A DNA stretch of 35,973 nucleotides from Acidimicrobiia bacterium (GCA_041577335.1 JBFGJH010000031.1:1-35973), one strand, 5' to 3'; shown: positions 1 through 8,638, numbered from the stretch's first letter. Made by a program: numbers and translations. The notes: generated by a model not told the origin, from the sequence alone.

Positions 1-19
1 GAAGGGCGAGTCCGCAACG

Positions 20-47
20 AGAAACGGGCCCCGGAGGGCCCGTTTCT
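20..47 (-). terminator. Intrinsic terminator-like hairpin downstream of pilA
   Basis: Perfect 12-bp inverted repeat AGAAACGGGCCC-(4 nt)-GGGCCCGTTTCT, 18 nt past the pilA stop. The 3' arm ends in GTTTCT on either strand. Confidence 0.85.
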
Positions 48-65
48 GCGAGTAGATGGTCTCGA

Positions 66-539
66 TTACCAGCTGGATGCCAGGGCGGCGACCGCAGCGT
101 TGGTGCAAGCGGCCATCGTGGCGTTGCCGTAGTACGTACCGGCGTTGGCGCCAGAGGCGATCTCACCGAGCACGAAGGTGGTTCCGGCCTCAGAGAGGGC
201 TTCGAGGCAGACGACCTGGTCGTCGGCAGCATCGATCCGGGTATACACCTCGACAGGATCCGTCGAAGCAGCGTTCACCCAGGTGAGTGAGGGCTCGATG
301 GCGATCATGTCGGCGGGCACGGCCGTGTACGCCTCGTTGTCCACGTAGTAGACCTTCTCAGCCGTGAGTGCGTTACGCAAGCTCGACTGGGCGGCCCGGT
401 CCTGTGCCCGCTGGCGGGCGCCGAGGAACGTGGGGATGGCGATGGCGATGAGAATGGCAATGATAAGCACAACCACCATCAACTCGACGAGGGTAAAACC
501 CTCTTCCTTATTCAGACGCTGACGCAGCATCTTGATCAT
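66..539 (-). CDS. pilA: Type IVa major pilin (prepilin)
   Basis: Basic leader, then class III signal EEG|FTLVELMVVVLIIAILIAIAIP with Glu5. 157 aa with a C-terminal Cys pair. Strong RBS AAAGGAG. Has its own promoter and terminator and lies directly after pilC. Confidence 0.9.
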   Translation of the reverse strand: MIKMLRQRLNKEEGFTLVELMVVVLIIAILIAIAIPTFLGARQRAQDRAAQSSLRNALTAEKVYYVDNEAYTAVPADMIAIEPSLTWVNAASTDPVEVYTRIDAADDQVVCLEALSEAGTTFVLGEIASGANAGTYYGNATMAACTNAAVAALASSW

Positions 540-568
540 CGTGGGACACTCCTTTGTAGATGTTTCCC

Positions 569-591
569 GTCATGCCGTCGTTCGGCATGAC
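569..591 (-). promoter_or_regulatory. 5'-UTR stem-loop of pilA mRNA
   Basis: Perfect 9-bp inverted repeat GTCATGCCG-(5 nt)-CGGCATGAC, starting 7 nt after the predicted -10 element and upstream of the RBS. Confidence 0.6.
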
Positions 592-598
592 TCAATAT

Positions 599-626
599 CT
601 ATCGTCCCGACCCGCGAATACCTTGA
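599..626 (-). promoter_or_regulatory. Sigma-28 (FliA/WhiG)-like promoter of pilA
   Basis: Minus strand TCAAG-N15-GACGATAG, same spacing as four other pilus-gene motifs. Confidence 0.65.
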
Positions 627-705
627 GCGTGAATCTGACTTTTTGTGGGCAATCAACCGCTATCGGTGACCTTGGTGGAACTGCTTTTCCATGTCTTCAG
701 GGCAT

Positions 706-733
706 GAGAAGAACCCCCGCAGGGGCCCTTCTC
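706..733 (-). terminator. Hairpin terminator after pilT-pilC
   Basis: Minus-strand RNA GAGAAGGGCCCC-UGCG-GGGGUUCUUCUC forms a 12-bp stem using two G:U pairs, so it pairs fully only on the minus strand. Lies 27 nt after the pilC stop. Confidence 0.65.
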
Positions 734-760
734 TCCACTCCGTCGAACGCTGCGTCGGCG

Positions 761-1981
761 CTACTGGATGAGCTCGATGATCTTGAACATAGGCAGGTAG
801 AGCGAGATGAGCATGCCGCCGACCGTTGCACCGAGCACGACGATCAGCAATGGCTCGATCAGGCTGGTGAGGCCCTCGACCATGGCGTCGACCTCGGCGT
901 CGTAGAAGTCGCCAACCTTCTCGAGCATCGTGTCGAGCGCACCGGTCTCTTCGCCGACGGCGATCATCTGGACCACCATGGGCGGGAACACCGGGTGACT
1001 CTGGAGCGGGGTGGCGATCGACTCCCCCTCGGAAACGGAGGCTTTCACATCCTGCACCGCCCGGGACACCACTGCGTTGCCGGCGGTGTCGGACACGATG
1101 TCCATGGCCTGGAGGATGGGAACGCCGGTCTTCACCAGCGCCGCCAGGGTGTGAGAGAACCGAGCGATCGCCGACTTGTGGACCAGACCACCAAAGATCG
1201 GCAACTTCAGTTTGATGGCATCGAACGCCGAGCGGCCGCCTTCCGTGGCGATCCAGCGCCGAAAAGCGAAGATGGATGCCACCGACACAATCATGACGGC
1301 CCACCAGTAGGTGGTGATGAGGGTGGAAACAAACAGCAGCATCCGAGTTGGAAACGGCAGGGTGCCGCCGAGGTCGGCGTACAGGCCCTCAAACATCGGC
1401 ACCACAAAGATCAGCATGGCGGTGACGATCACGATCACGAGCACAAAGACCGCCGCGGGGTACATCATGGCCGATTTGATCTTCTGCTTGAGGGCTACCG
1501 ACGCTTCGAGGTTGTCGGCGAGGCGCAGCAGCGTGTCATCGAGAACACCGCCGACCTCACCGGCGCGCACCATCGCCGTGTAGAGCTGGTTGAAGGCCTT
1601 GGGATGCTTCTCCATTGCCTGACTGAGGCTGGTGCCCTGCTCGACATCGGACTTCACAGCCAGAATCGTGGTGCGGAGTCCAGACGATTCGGTCTGGTCG
1701 GCGAGGATACTCAGCGCGCGCAGCAAGGACAGGCCGGCGTTGATCATGGTGGCGAACTGACGGCTGAAGACGGCAACATCTTTGTAGCCGACTCGGTCAC
1801 TGAAGCCGGGGATCTTGATCTCGCGGGTGCCGAGCGATTCTTTCCTCTCGTCGATCGTGATCGGCTGATAGCCCTTGTCGCGCAAGGCGTTGGCGACCTT
1901 GGCCTGAGACTCGCCCTCCATCGTCCCGGAGTGCAGGTTGCCTTCCTTGTCCTTGACTTTGTACTCGAATGTGGTGGCCAT
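761..1981 (-). CDS. pilC: Type IV pilus platform protein PilC (T2SS F family)
   Basis: FSRQFATMINAGLSL, MVRAGEVGGVLD, KIKSAMMYP, QMIAVGEETGALD, LIEPLLIVVLG...LYLPMF. 406 aa. Confidence 0.95.
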   Translation of the reverse strand: MATTFEYKVKDKEGNLHSGTMEGESQAKVANALRDKGYQPITIDERKESLGTREIKIPGFSDRVGYKDVAVFSRQFATMINAGLSLLRALSILADQTESSGLRTTILAVKSDVEQGTSLSQAMEKHPKAFNQLYTAMVRAGEVGGVLDDTLLRLADNLEASVALKQKIKSAMMYPAAVFVLVIVIVTAMLIFVVPMFEGLYADLGGTLPFPTRMLLFVSTLITTYWWAVMIVSVASIFAFRRWIATEGGRSAFDAIKLKLPIFGGLVHKSAIARFSHTLAALVKTGVPILQAMDIVSDTAGNAVVSRAVQDVKASVSEGESIATPLQSHPVFPPMVVQMIAVGEETGALDTMLEKVGDFYDAEVDAMVEGLTSLIEPLLIVVLGATVGGMLISLYLPMFKIIELIQ

Positions 1982-1991
1982 GGCCGGTCTC

Positions 1992-3563
1992 CTACGCTAC
2001 GCGACCGACAAGTCGCTGAAGGTCTTCGAGGTTGGAGCACCGTTCTGCTGCCATCTCGAAACTGATGGTGTTTCTTCGGACGAGATCGGCCAAAGCTTGA
2101 TCCATTGTCTGCATGCCGTACTTGCCACCGGCCTGCATGGCCGTCGTGACCTGGTGAATCTTGCCCTCCCTGATGAGGTTCCGGATGGCCGGCGTCGCCT
2201 TCATGACCTCAACGCCTGGTACCCGGCCGCGATTGTCGCGAGTGGGCAGCAGCTGTTGTGTGACCACTGCCTGCAGCGTGGCGGCAAGCTGCACCCGGAC
2301 CTGATCCTGCTGGTGCGAGGGGAAAACGTCGATGATGCGGTCGATGGTCTGAGGGGCATCCTGCGTGTGCAGGGTGGCGAACACCAAATGCCCGGTCTCG
2401 GCGGCGGTCAGAGCCGTCGAAATGGTTTCGAGGTCGCGAAGCTCACCGACCAGGATGACGTCCGGGTCTTGTCGCAGCGCGTGCCGCAGAGCGTGGTTGA
2501 AGCTCATAGTGTCGGCTCCAACCTCCCGCTGGTTGACGATTGCCCGCTGATGATGGTGCAGGAATTCGATGGGATCTTCGACCGTGAGGATATGACAGGG
2601 GCGCTTGCGGTTGATCACATCGATGATTGATGCCAGCGTGGTGGACTTGCCCGATCCGGTTGGACCAGTGACGAGGACGAGGCCGCGGGGGTACTCGGCG
2701 AATTCGGAAACCACCGGGGGCATACCGAGCTCGGAGAGATTGACGATTTCGTCCGGGATTGCACGGAAGACGGCGCCGAGCGAGTCCCTCTGGAACATGA
2801 CATTCAAGCGGAAGCGGCCTTTGCCCGGCAGCGGATGTGAGGCGTCGAGCTCGAGGCCCTCTTCCAGCTTCTCTCGCTGCTTCTCGGTGAGGATTGCGTA
2901 GACCATGCGACGCAAGTCGGCAGGCATGAGCGTCTCGAAATCATCGAGCTTCCGCAGCGACCCGTTCACTCGGATCTGAGGAACCGAGCCGGCCGACAGG
3001 TGCAGGTCCGAGCCGCCCTCGTCAACGAGGATGGTGAGCAGAGTATTGATGTGGAGACTGTTCTCTTCGCCGGGAATGGACACGACCTCGGCACCGCCGC
3101 CGCCGGGGACCCGGGTCACCGGGACGTCATCGGCTCCATGAACGAACGAGATCGAGTCGCGGATGCCTGCCTTGGTGGCAAGAGCGAGCGTTACCTTACA
3201 GCCGGTGACCTGCTCGAGCCGGCGATGACGCTCTGGGTCGAATGGGTCGGCGACGGCAATGACGACCGTATCCCCGGCCATCTTCACCGGGATGGCCAGC
3301 ATCTCCTCAGCATGCTCCTTGGTCAGCCTGCCGATGGCCTCGGGATCCAACAAGACGTCGGAGAGATCCACGAATTCCATGCCGACGCGTTCGGCCACGG
3401 TGCGGAGCAGATCCTCCTCGCGTACATATCCGTCGTCTGTGAGGAGTTTGGCCAACGGCGTGCCGGTCGCCTCTTCCTTGCTGAGCAGCGTTTCCAGCAC
3501 ATCCTTTGACACGAGGTGCCGGTCGACGAGCAGATCGCCGAGTTTCTTGGATGCGGTGTTCAT
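1992..3563 (-). CDS. pilT: Type IV pilus retraction ATPase PilT with an extra N-terminal MshEN/T2SSE_N-like domain
   Basis: SDLHL, Walker A GPTGSGKSTT, TVEDPIE, LRQDPDVILVGELRD, AAETGHLVFATLHT, and the PilT-specific AIRNLIRE and GMQTMD motifs. No Zn tetracysteine motif. About 165 extra N-terminal residues. Confidence 0.92.
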   Translation of the reverse strand: MNTASKKLGDLLVDRHLVSKDVLETLLSKEEATGTPLAKLLTDDGYVREEDLLRTVAERVGMEFVDLSDVLLDPEAIGRLTKEHAEEMLAIPVKMAGDTVVIAVADPFDPERHRRLEQVTGCKVTLALATKAGIRDSISFVHGADDVPVTRVPGGGGAEVVSIPGEENSLHINTLLTILVDEGGSDLHLSAGSVPQIRVNGSLRKLDDFETLMPADLRRMVYAILTEKQREKLEEGLELDASHPLPGKGRFRLNVMFQRDSLGAVFRAIPDEIVNLSELGMPPVVSEFAEYPRGLVLVTGPTGSGKSTTLASIIDVINRKRPCHILTVEDPIEFLHHHQRAIVNQREVGADTMSFNHALRHALRQDPDVILVGELRDLETISTALTAAETGHLVFATLHTQDAPQTIDRIIDVFPSHQQDQVRVQLAATLQAVVTQQLLPTRDNRGRVPGVEVMKATPAIRNLIREGKIHQVTTAMQAGGKYGMQTMDQALADLVRRNTISFEMAAERCSNLEDLQRLVGRVA

Positions 3564-3597
3564 CGTGGATGTCCCTTTTGGTGGTCGTGTTGTATAG

Positions 3598-3625
3598 GTT
3601 TCGGTCGATTCGGCGGTGGTCTTGA
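3598..3625 (-). promoter_or_regulatory. Sigma-28-like promoter of pilT-pilC
   Basis: Minus strand TCAAG-N15-ACCGAAAC in the 69-bp pilB-pilT gap, followed by RBS AAAGGGA. Confidence 0.65.
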
Positions 3626-3632
3626 TGGAAAA

Positions 3633-5306
3633 TCAGACCGTGACTCTGAGGACCTCTTCGATCGAAGTCAGGCCTCGTCGGGCCTTGAGGAGGCCGTCCT
3701 GGCGGAGCGGGCGCATGCCTTGGGCGATGGCGACCTTCTTGATTTCTTCGCTGGTCGCCTGGTCAACGGCCAGGCGCTCGATTTCTTCGGTGACGAGCAT
3801 GATCTCGTGCAGGGCCAGCCTGCCGCGAAAGCCTGTGTTGGAACACTTGCTGCAACCTTCTGCCCTGTAGAGGCCGGGCATGTCTTCGCCCCACTCTTCG
3901 AAGTCCCAGCCAACCCGGGACAAACTGTCGCGGGTGGGCTCATAGGGCACCCGACACTCGCTGCACAGTCGCCGAGCGAGGCGCTGGCCGAGCACGCCGT
4001 CCAGGGCCGATCCCACCAAGAACGGTTCGACGCCCATCTCGGTGAGTCGGGAGACGGCCGATGGGGCGTCGTTGGTGTGCATCGTGGAGAGCACGAGGTG
4101 GCCGGTGAGCGCCGACTCGATAGCGATGCTGCCGGTCTCTTCGTCACGAATCTCCCCGACCAGCATGACGTCGGGGTCCTGGCGCAGGAACGAGCGCAGG
4201 GCGTTGGCAAAGGTGAGCCCCGCCTTCTTGTTCACCTGCACCTGGTTGATGCCAGACAATCGGTACTCGACCGGGTCCTCGATGGTGACGATGTTGACAT
4301 CCGGCTGGTTGAGGACGTTGAGCGTGGAATACAGCGTCGTGGACTTCCCCGAACCGGTCGGGCCAACGCACAGAATCGTCCCATATGGTTTCGTGAAAGC
4401 CGTGCGGTAGCGCTCGAGCGTGTCGGTCTCGAAGCCGAGGCCTTCCAATTCCAGAGTGGCGGTGCTGTTGTCGAGGATACGCATGACGACCTTTTCGCCA
4501 TAGATCGTCGGTAGCGACGAAACACGAAGGTCGATGGTGCGACCACCAACCCGCAGAGAAATCCGGCCGTCTTGTGGGCGGCGGCGCTCGGCGATATCGA
4601 TGTCGGCCATGATCTTGAGACGAGAGACGACAGCCGCAGTCACCGACCGGGGCGTCCGCATGATCTCGTGAAGGACGCCATCGATGCGGAACCGAACCCG
4701 GAGATCTCGCTCGGTGGGTTCGATGTGGATATCGGAGGCGCGTTCCGCAGCGGCCTTGCTGATGAGCATGTTCACCAACTTCACGATCGGCGCTTCTTCC
4801 GATGCCGCCTCGACCTGTGTCAGGCTTTGCGTCTCGACGTCATCGTCGAAATCAAGGTCGGCAACCGAGTCATCGAGGCTCGAAACCGACGAAATCGCCT
4901 GCTCAACGTCAGTCTTGGTGGCGACTTTGGCGATGACGTCGCGGCCCGAGATGGCCCGGATGTCATCGATGGCGAGAACGTTGGCCGGGTCGCTCAGGGC
5001 AACGACCAGTTTCTCGTCCTCGAAACCGATGGGGATGGCCGCATATCGGCGGGCGAGGGATTCAGGAATGAGGCTGGCGGCAGCGGGGTCGATGGTCAGA
5101 CCGCTCAGCTCCACAAACTCGACGCCAATATGCTTGGCGAGGGTGCGGACCAGGTCGGCTTCACCGACGATGCCTTCCTCGACCAGGACACGGCCCAGTG
5201 GCCGGCTGGATTCCGCCGCCATGGCCAGGCCCTTTTCGAGTGCGTCCTTGGTCAGGAGGCCTTCTTCAATGAGAAGGCCGCCGAGCGTCCCGCTATCGCG
5301 TGTCAC
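3633..5306 (-). CDS. pilB: Type IV pilus extension ATPase PilB (GspE/PulE family)
   Basis: N-terminal MshEN-like repeat, ASDIHIEP, RFRIDG, ERRRPQDG, GPTGSGKSTT, LRQDPDVMLVGEIRD, and Zn motif CSEC...CSKC. Confidence 0.95.
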   Translation of the reverse strand: MTRDSGTLGGLLIEEGLLTKDALEKGLAMAAESSRPLGRVLVEEGIVGEADLVRTLAKHIGVEFVELSGLTIDPAAASLIPESLARRYAAIPIGFEDEKLVVALSDPANVLAIDDIRAISGRDVIAKVATKTDVEQAISSVSSLDDSVADLDFDDDVETQSLTQVEAASEEAPIVKLVNMLISKAAAERASDIHIEPTERDLRVRFRIDGVLHEIMRTPRSVTAAVVSRLKIMADIDIAERRRPQDGRISLRVGGRTIDLRVSSLPTIYGEKVVMRILDNSTATLELEGLGFETDTLERYRTAFTKPYGTILCVGPTGSGKSTTLYSTLNVLNQPDVNIVTIEDPVEYRLSGINQVQVNKKAGLTFANALRSFLRQDPDVMLVGEIRDEETGSIAIESALTGHLVLSTMHTNDAPSAVSRLTEMGVEPFLVGSALDGVLGQRLARRLCSECRVPYEPTRDSLSRVGWDFEEWGEDMPGLYRAEGCSKCSNTGFRGRLALHEIMLVTEEIERLAVDQATSEEIKKVAIAQGMRPLRQDGLLKARRGLTSIEEVLRVTV

Positions 5307-5309
5307 GTT

Positions 5310-6311
5310 CTACTCGCTCAGATCGGTGAGCTCGTTGGCGAGGGCTCGTAGCTCATTTGCTTCCATCTGGGCCATGGCGCGCTCAGACAGCGATCCTTCC
5401 ACGTCGGAGTCTTCGTCGTAGGCCGCCCGGATGATCTCCACTTCGGCGGCCTCTTCCGTGTCCATTCCCGACAACAGCTCTCCCAGCACGTCGCTCCCAT
5501 CGAGTTCGGTCGGCTCGGCGATCTCAGGCACGCTAGGCGCTTCGAGATCGGTTTCAAGCTCGTCAGAACCCTCGATCGTCACCTCTCCGTAGTCGTCGGC
5601 TTCGTAGGTGTAACGGGGGGTGGCAAGCTGCTCAGCCAGTTCCACCAAGCCCGTGCGAACCATCGACGCCAAGGCCTGGGCAACAACGAACTCCGTGGAA
5701 CCGATGCGCTCGGCGACCTCTTCTACGGTCGCTTGACCGGCCAAGGCAGCGAGCAGACGCCAGGTCGGACTGGTTACGGTGACATCGCGAGCACCGCTGG
5801 GAAGATTGGGAGCCATTCGAATCCGGTGTTTGGTGCTCGGGATCAGCTCTTCGATCTCTGCCCATTGGGCCACGCGATGCTCAGCCTCTGCGAGCGCCTT
5901 CTCGATATCGACCGACTGGCCAGATTCGTGGCGGGGCCGCGAACCATCGTGAAAATCGAACGTTCCCCGTCCCGGTCGTTGCAGTCTGAAGATGACCTCG
6001 GTGCCTTGCTCGGCCAAGAAATCTCGCAGCTCCGCTGGGGTTCGGCCCGGTTGAAGTACCTCGTCGAGGTCGGTCTCGCGACGCTCCACGCTGATCCAAT
6101 CCTCTGCGCTCACGAAGCCTGCGTTGAGCAGGTCGGAGCGGAGGTCGTCCTCTCGGCGAGTGGTCGAATAGATCAACGCCCCTTCATCGAGGTAGATCTT
6201 TCCTTCAGTTTGCGCAGCTTCGACTCGCAGGCATCCGGTCTTCCGGGCTCGGGCCAGCATACGAAGCACCTCGGGCAAGGGAATAGATTCGAGGCGACCG
6301 CTGAGCGTCAT
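5310..6311 (-). CDS. DUF4388 (PatA-like N-terminal) domain protein with acidic C-terminal tail
   Basis: N-terminus LSGRLESIPLPEVLRMLARARKTGCLRV...GKIYLDEGALIY and G-x-F-x-F at the domain end match the DUF4388 pattern. RBS AAGGAG. Ends 3 nt before pilB. Confidence 0.75.
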   Translation of the reverse strand: MTLSGRLESIPLPEVLRMLARARKTGCLRVEAAQTEGKIYLDEGALIYSTTRREDDLRSDLLNAGFVSAEDWISVERRETDLDEVLQPGRTPAELRDFLAEQGTEVIFRLQRPGRGTFDFHDGSRPRHESGQSVDIEKALAEAEHRVAQWAEIEELIPSTKHRIRMAPNLPSGARDVTVTSPTWRLLAALAGQATVEEVAERIGSTEFVVAQALASMVRTGLVELAEQLATPRYTYEADDYGEVTIEGSDELETDLEAPSVPEIAEPTELDGSDVLGELLSGMDTEEAAEVEIIRAAYDEDSDVEGSLSERAMAQMEANELRALANELTDLSE

Positions 6312-6327
6312 TATCGACTCCTTGTGA

Positions 6328-7140
6328 CTACTCAGCGTTTTCGGCCGTATCCGACACCTGCTTGAGCGGTTTCAATGCCGCAGCCCACATCGCGGCGTGA
6401 TTCGGCTCTACCCCGGTCCACAATCGAAAGGATGCCGCCGCCTGGCCGACCAGCATGGCGAGGCCATCGGCGACGGCAATACCCATCTCCCGCGCCTGAA
6501 GCACCGCCGGCGTATCCGTTTGCCCATAGACCATGTCGAAAAGGGCGGCCGCCGAGCCGACCACCCCAGGCGGCAGGCTCTCACCCCCCATTCCGATCGG
6601 CGTGGCGTTGACGACGAGGGCACCATCGACCGCGCCTCCCCACTCGATCACGGGGGCAGGGACGCCCACCCGTCGCACGAGCTCACGGGCCGCCTCCGGG
6701 CGACGCGCCGAGATGATCGGAGAGCGGTCTTCGAGGGCGAGGAGGGCAGCGGCAGCGGCGCCCCCAGCTCCGAGAATCAGGGGCGGCAACTCATCGCCGA
6801 CCGAAGCCTCGACGAGGGCATAGAGTATGCCTTCGCCGTCCGTGGACGTTCCCACGATCTCCCCGTTGCTGCGCAGCCATGTGTTCACCGAGCCACTCCG
6901 CCGGGACACCTCTGCAAGCCGATCGGCGAGCTGTGCCGCCGCAATCTTGTGCGGCATCGTGATGTTGGCACCGGCCAAATCGCCGTGTCGCAGCTCATCC
7001 ATGGCGGCCCGCAGGCCGGCCTCGTCGACGCGCCGGGCGTGGTACGTCCCGTCGATGCCGGCTGCGGAAAGAGCGGCGGTATGGATGGCAGGCGATCGGG
7101 AGTGGTCGATGGGATCGCCCAACACCACCAACCGAATCAC
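6328..7140 (-). CDS. aroE: Shikimate dehydrogenase
   Basis: LGDPIDHSRSP, GANITMPHK, SVNT, STDGEG, LGAGGAA, VNATPIGM, DMVY, GLAMLVGQA. Start moved to the GTG at 7140, which overlaps the mltG stop (GTGA). Confidence 0.93.
   Translation of the reverse strand: MIRLVVLGDPIDHSRSPAIHTAALSAAGIDGTYHARRVDEAGLRAAMDELRHGDLAGANITMPHKIAAAQLADRLAEVSRRSGSVNTWLRSNGEIVGTSTDGEGILYALVEASVGDELPPLILGAGGAAAAALLALEDRSPIISARRPEAARELVRRVGVPAPVIEWGGAVDGALVVNATPIGMGGESLPPGVVGSAAALFDMVYGQTDTPAVLQAREMGIAVADGLAMLVGQAAASFRLWTGVEPNHAAMWAAALKPLKQVSDTAENAE
6338..6365 (-). promoter_or_regulatory. Sigma-28-like promoter of the DUF4388-pilB unit, inside the aroE 3' end
   Basis: Minus strand (C)TCAAG-N15-GCCGAAAA. Confidence 0.7.
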
Positions 7141-8231
7141 GGGAAGAGTCCCTCTGCCTTCGCCTTGTCCTTCCACTCGAGAAACTCGTTGTAGTCGGCA
7201 GTGAAGCTGTGCGATCCATCGGCACTGGTGAGCACGTAGTAGATGAAATCGGTCTCCTCAGGGTCGGCCACCGCATCGAGCGAAGCCTGACCGGGGACAC
7301 CGATCGGCGCGGGCGGCAGGCCGAGGTTCCGATACGTGTTGAACGGAGAGTCGATCTCCAGATCGTTGAGCGTCAACCCAATGCCCCGTTCTCCCATTGC
7401 GTACAGGATCGTGGCGTCGATTTGAAGCGGAATCCCTTGCTCGAGGCGATTGTTGATCACCGACGCCACGAGCGGGCGATCGGCGTCGACGCGCGTTTCC
7501 GCCTCGATGATCGAAGCCGTCACCAGCGCCTCGTACCGTGACATGTCGGCAAGATCGAGCCTGCCGACCCGCGTCACCATCTCATCGGCCAGCCTCTGTA
7601 GCACCCGATCACTGGTGACATCGAGGTCGAAATCGTAGAGCGCAGGAAAGAGCAGTCCCTCCCAGTCGACCAGCTCGCCGCCCTTCCCCGCCGGTAGCAG
7701 GCTCGACGACACCGCCCCGGAGGTGAGGTCTGCTTCGAGAGTGGCAGCGTCGAACGGAGTCTGCGAGGCGATCTCGGCGATCACCTCATCGATACGAAGG
7801 CCTTCCCGGAGGAGTAGGTCGAAGGTCTCGAATTCAGGCCCGGCCAGGATTGCTGCGAGAGCTGCGTCGATCCCGAGCCCGGTCTGAAGCTGATAGGTAC
7901 CGGCGGCCAGCGACTCGGCAACGCCGTCACGTCGCGCGGCAAGCTCGAAGTCCCGGCCGCTCTCTACGACTCCGGCATCGGCGAGGAGCGCTCCAATCGA
8001 CCGAGCAGACGAGCCGGGGGGCACGACGATCTCAACAGGCAGCCCCGCGACCGCGGCGGGTCGAACTGCCGTCGTCGAAGATGGGTCGACGACGCCTCTG
8101 GCCAGGTTCGACAACCAGTTGGCGCCCACCACCACCACCAGGCCGGCGAGGACAACCAGGATGAGAATCTGGCGCCCTCGCCGGTTGGGGGGTGGTTCCT
8201 CCTGAACGATCATGGGATCCTGCTGAATCAT
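7137..8231 (-). CDS. mltG: Endolytic transglycosylase MltG (YceG family)
   Basis: N-terminal TM helix, EGLLFP, ASIIEAE (catalytic Glu), VASVINNRL, LQIDAT, SPFNTYRNLGLPPAPI. Start at the ATG overlapping the ruvX stop (ATGA). Confidence 0.92.
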   Translation of the reverse strand: MIQQDPMIVQEEPPPNRRGRQILILVVLAGLVVVVGANWLSNLARGVVDPSSTTAVRPAAVAGLPVEIVVPPGSSARSIGALLADAGVVESGRDFELAARRDGVAESLAAGTYQLQTGLGIDAALAAILAGPEFETFDLLLREGLRIDEVIAEIASQTPFDAATLEADLTSGAVSSSLLPAGKGGELVDWEGLLFPALYDFDLDVTSDRVLQRLADEMVTRVGRLDLADMSRYEALVTASIIEAETRVDADRPLVASVINNRLEQGIPLQIDATILYAMGERGIGLTLNDLEIDSPFNTYRNLGLPPAPIGVPGQASLDAVADPEETDFIYYVLTSADGSHSFTADYNEFLEWKDKAKAEGLFP

Positions 8232-8638
8232 TGCCTGTCCAACCACTGCTGCAACATCACGGCTGCCGCTACTTTGTCGATGACCTGCTTGCGGTCGGCT
8301 CGCCTCACATTGGCTGCCAGGAGGGCCTCCTCGGCCGTCTTGGTCGTGAAGCGCTCGTCGGACATCTCCACCTCGACATCGACCTCGGCGGCGATTGCCT
8401 CCGCCAGGCGGCGGGCCCTGGCGGCTGCATCTCCTTCTCGACCGTTCAACCCGATCGGGAGGCCGACGACGACGTGATCCACTTCTCGTTCCCGCACCAA
8501 CTCGGCGATGCGCTTCACCGCAGCTCCGTCGGCGGGCAGGACCTCCAGTGGGTTGGCGGCGATGCGCAGCGCATCGGACAGCGCCAGGCCGAGGCGCTGT
8601 GTCCCATAGTCGATGCCGAGGACGCGTCCCATGGTCAC
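8228..8638 (-). CDS. ruvX: Holliday junction resolvase-like protein RuvX/YqgF
   Basis: RVLGIDYGTQRLGLALSD, VVVGLP, DERFTT, DKVAAAVMLQQWLD. Canonical alaS-ruvX-mltG-aroE order. Confidence 0.93.
   Translation of the reverse strand: MTMGRVLGIDYGTQRLGLALSDALRIAANPLEVLPADGAAVKRIAELVREREVDHVVVGLPIGLNGREGDAAARARRLAEAIAAEVDVEVEMSDERFTTKTAEEALLAANVRRADRKQVIDKVAAAVMLQQWLDRQ

Noticed and set aside
540..760. c-di-GMP riboswitch in the pilA leader
   Set aside because: I could not find the class I or class II consensus elements. The region is explained by a terminator, a promoter and a simple hairpin. An Rfam scan would settle it.
560..2065. Long antisense or alternate-frame ORFs (e.g. 560..2065 +, 3516..4514 +, 16326..17423 +, 22489..24225 +, 24412..25488 +)
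   Set aside because: They shadow well-supported genes, lack recognisable motifs, and are expected from GC-rich codon bias.
66..6311. Pilus system incomplete because pilD and pilMNO are missing
   Set aside because: The locus runs to the left window edge, so these genes may lie just outside. This cannot be judged from the window.
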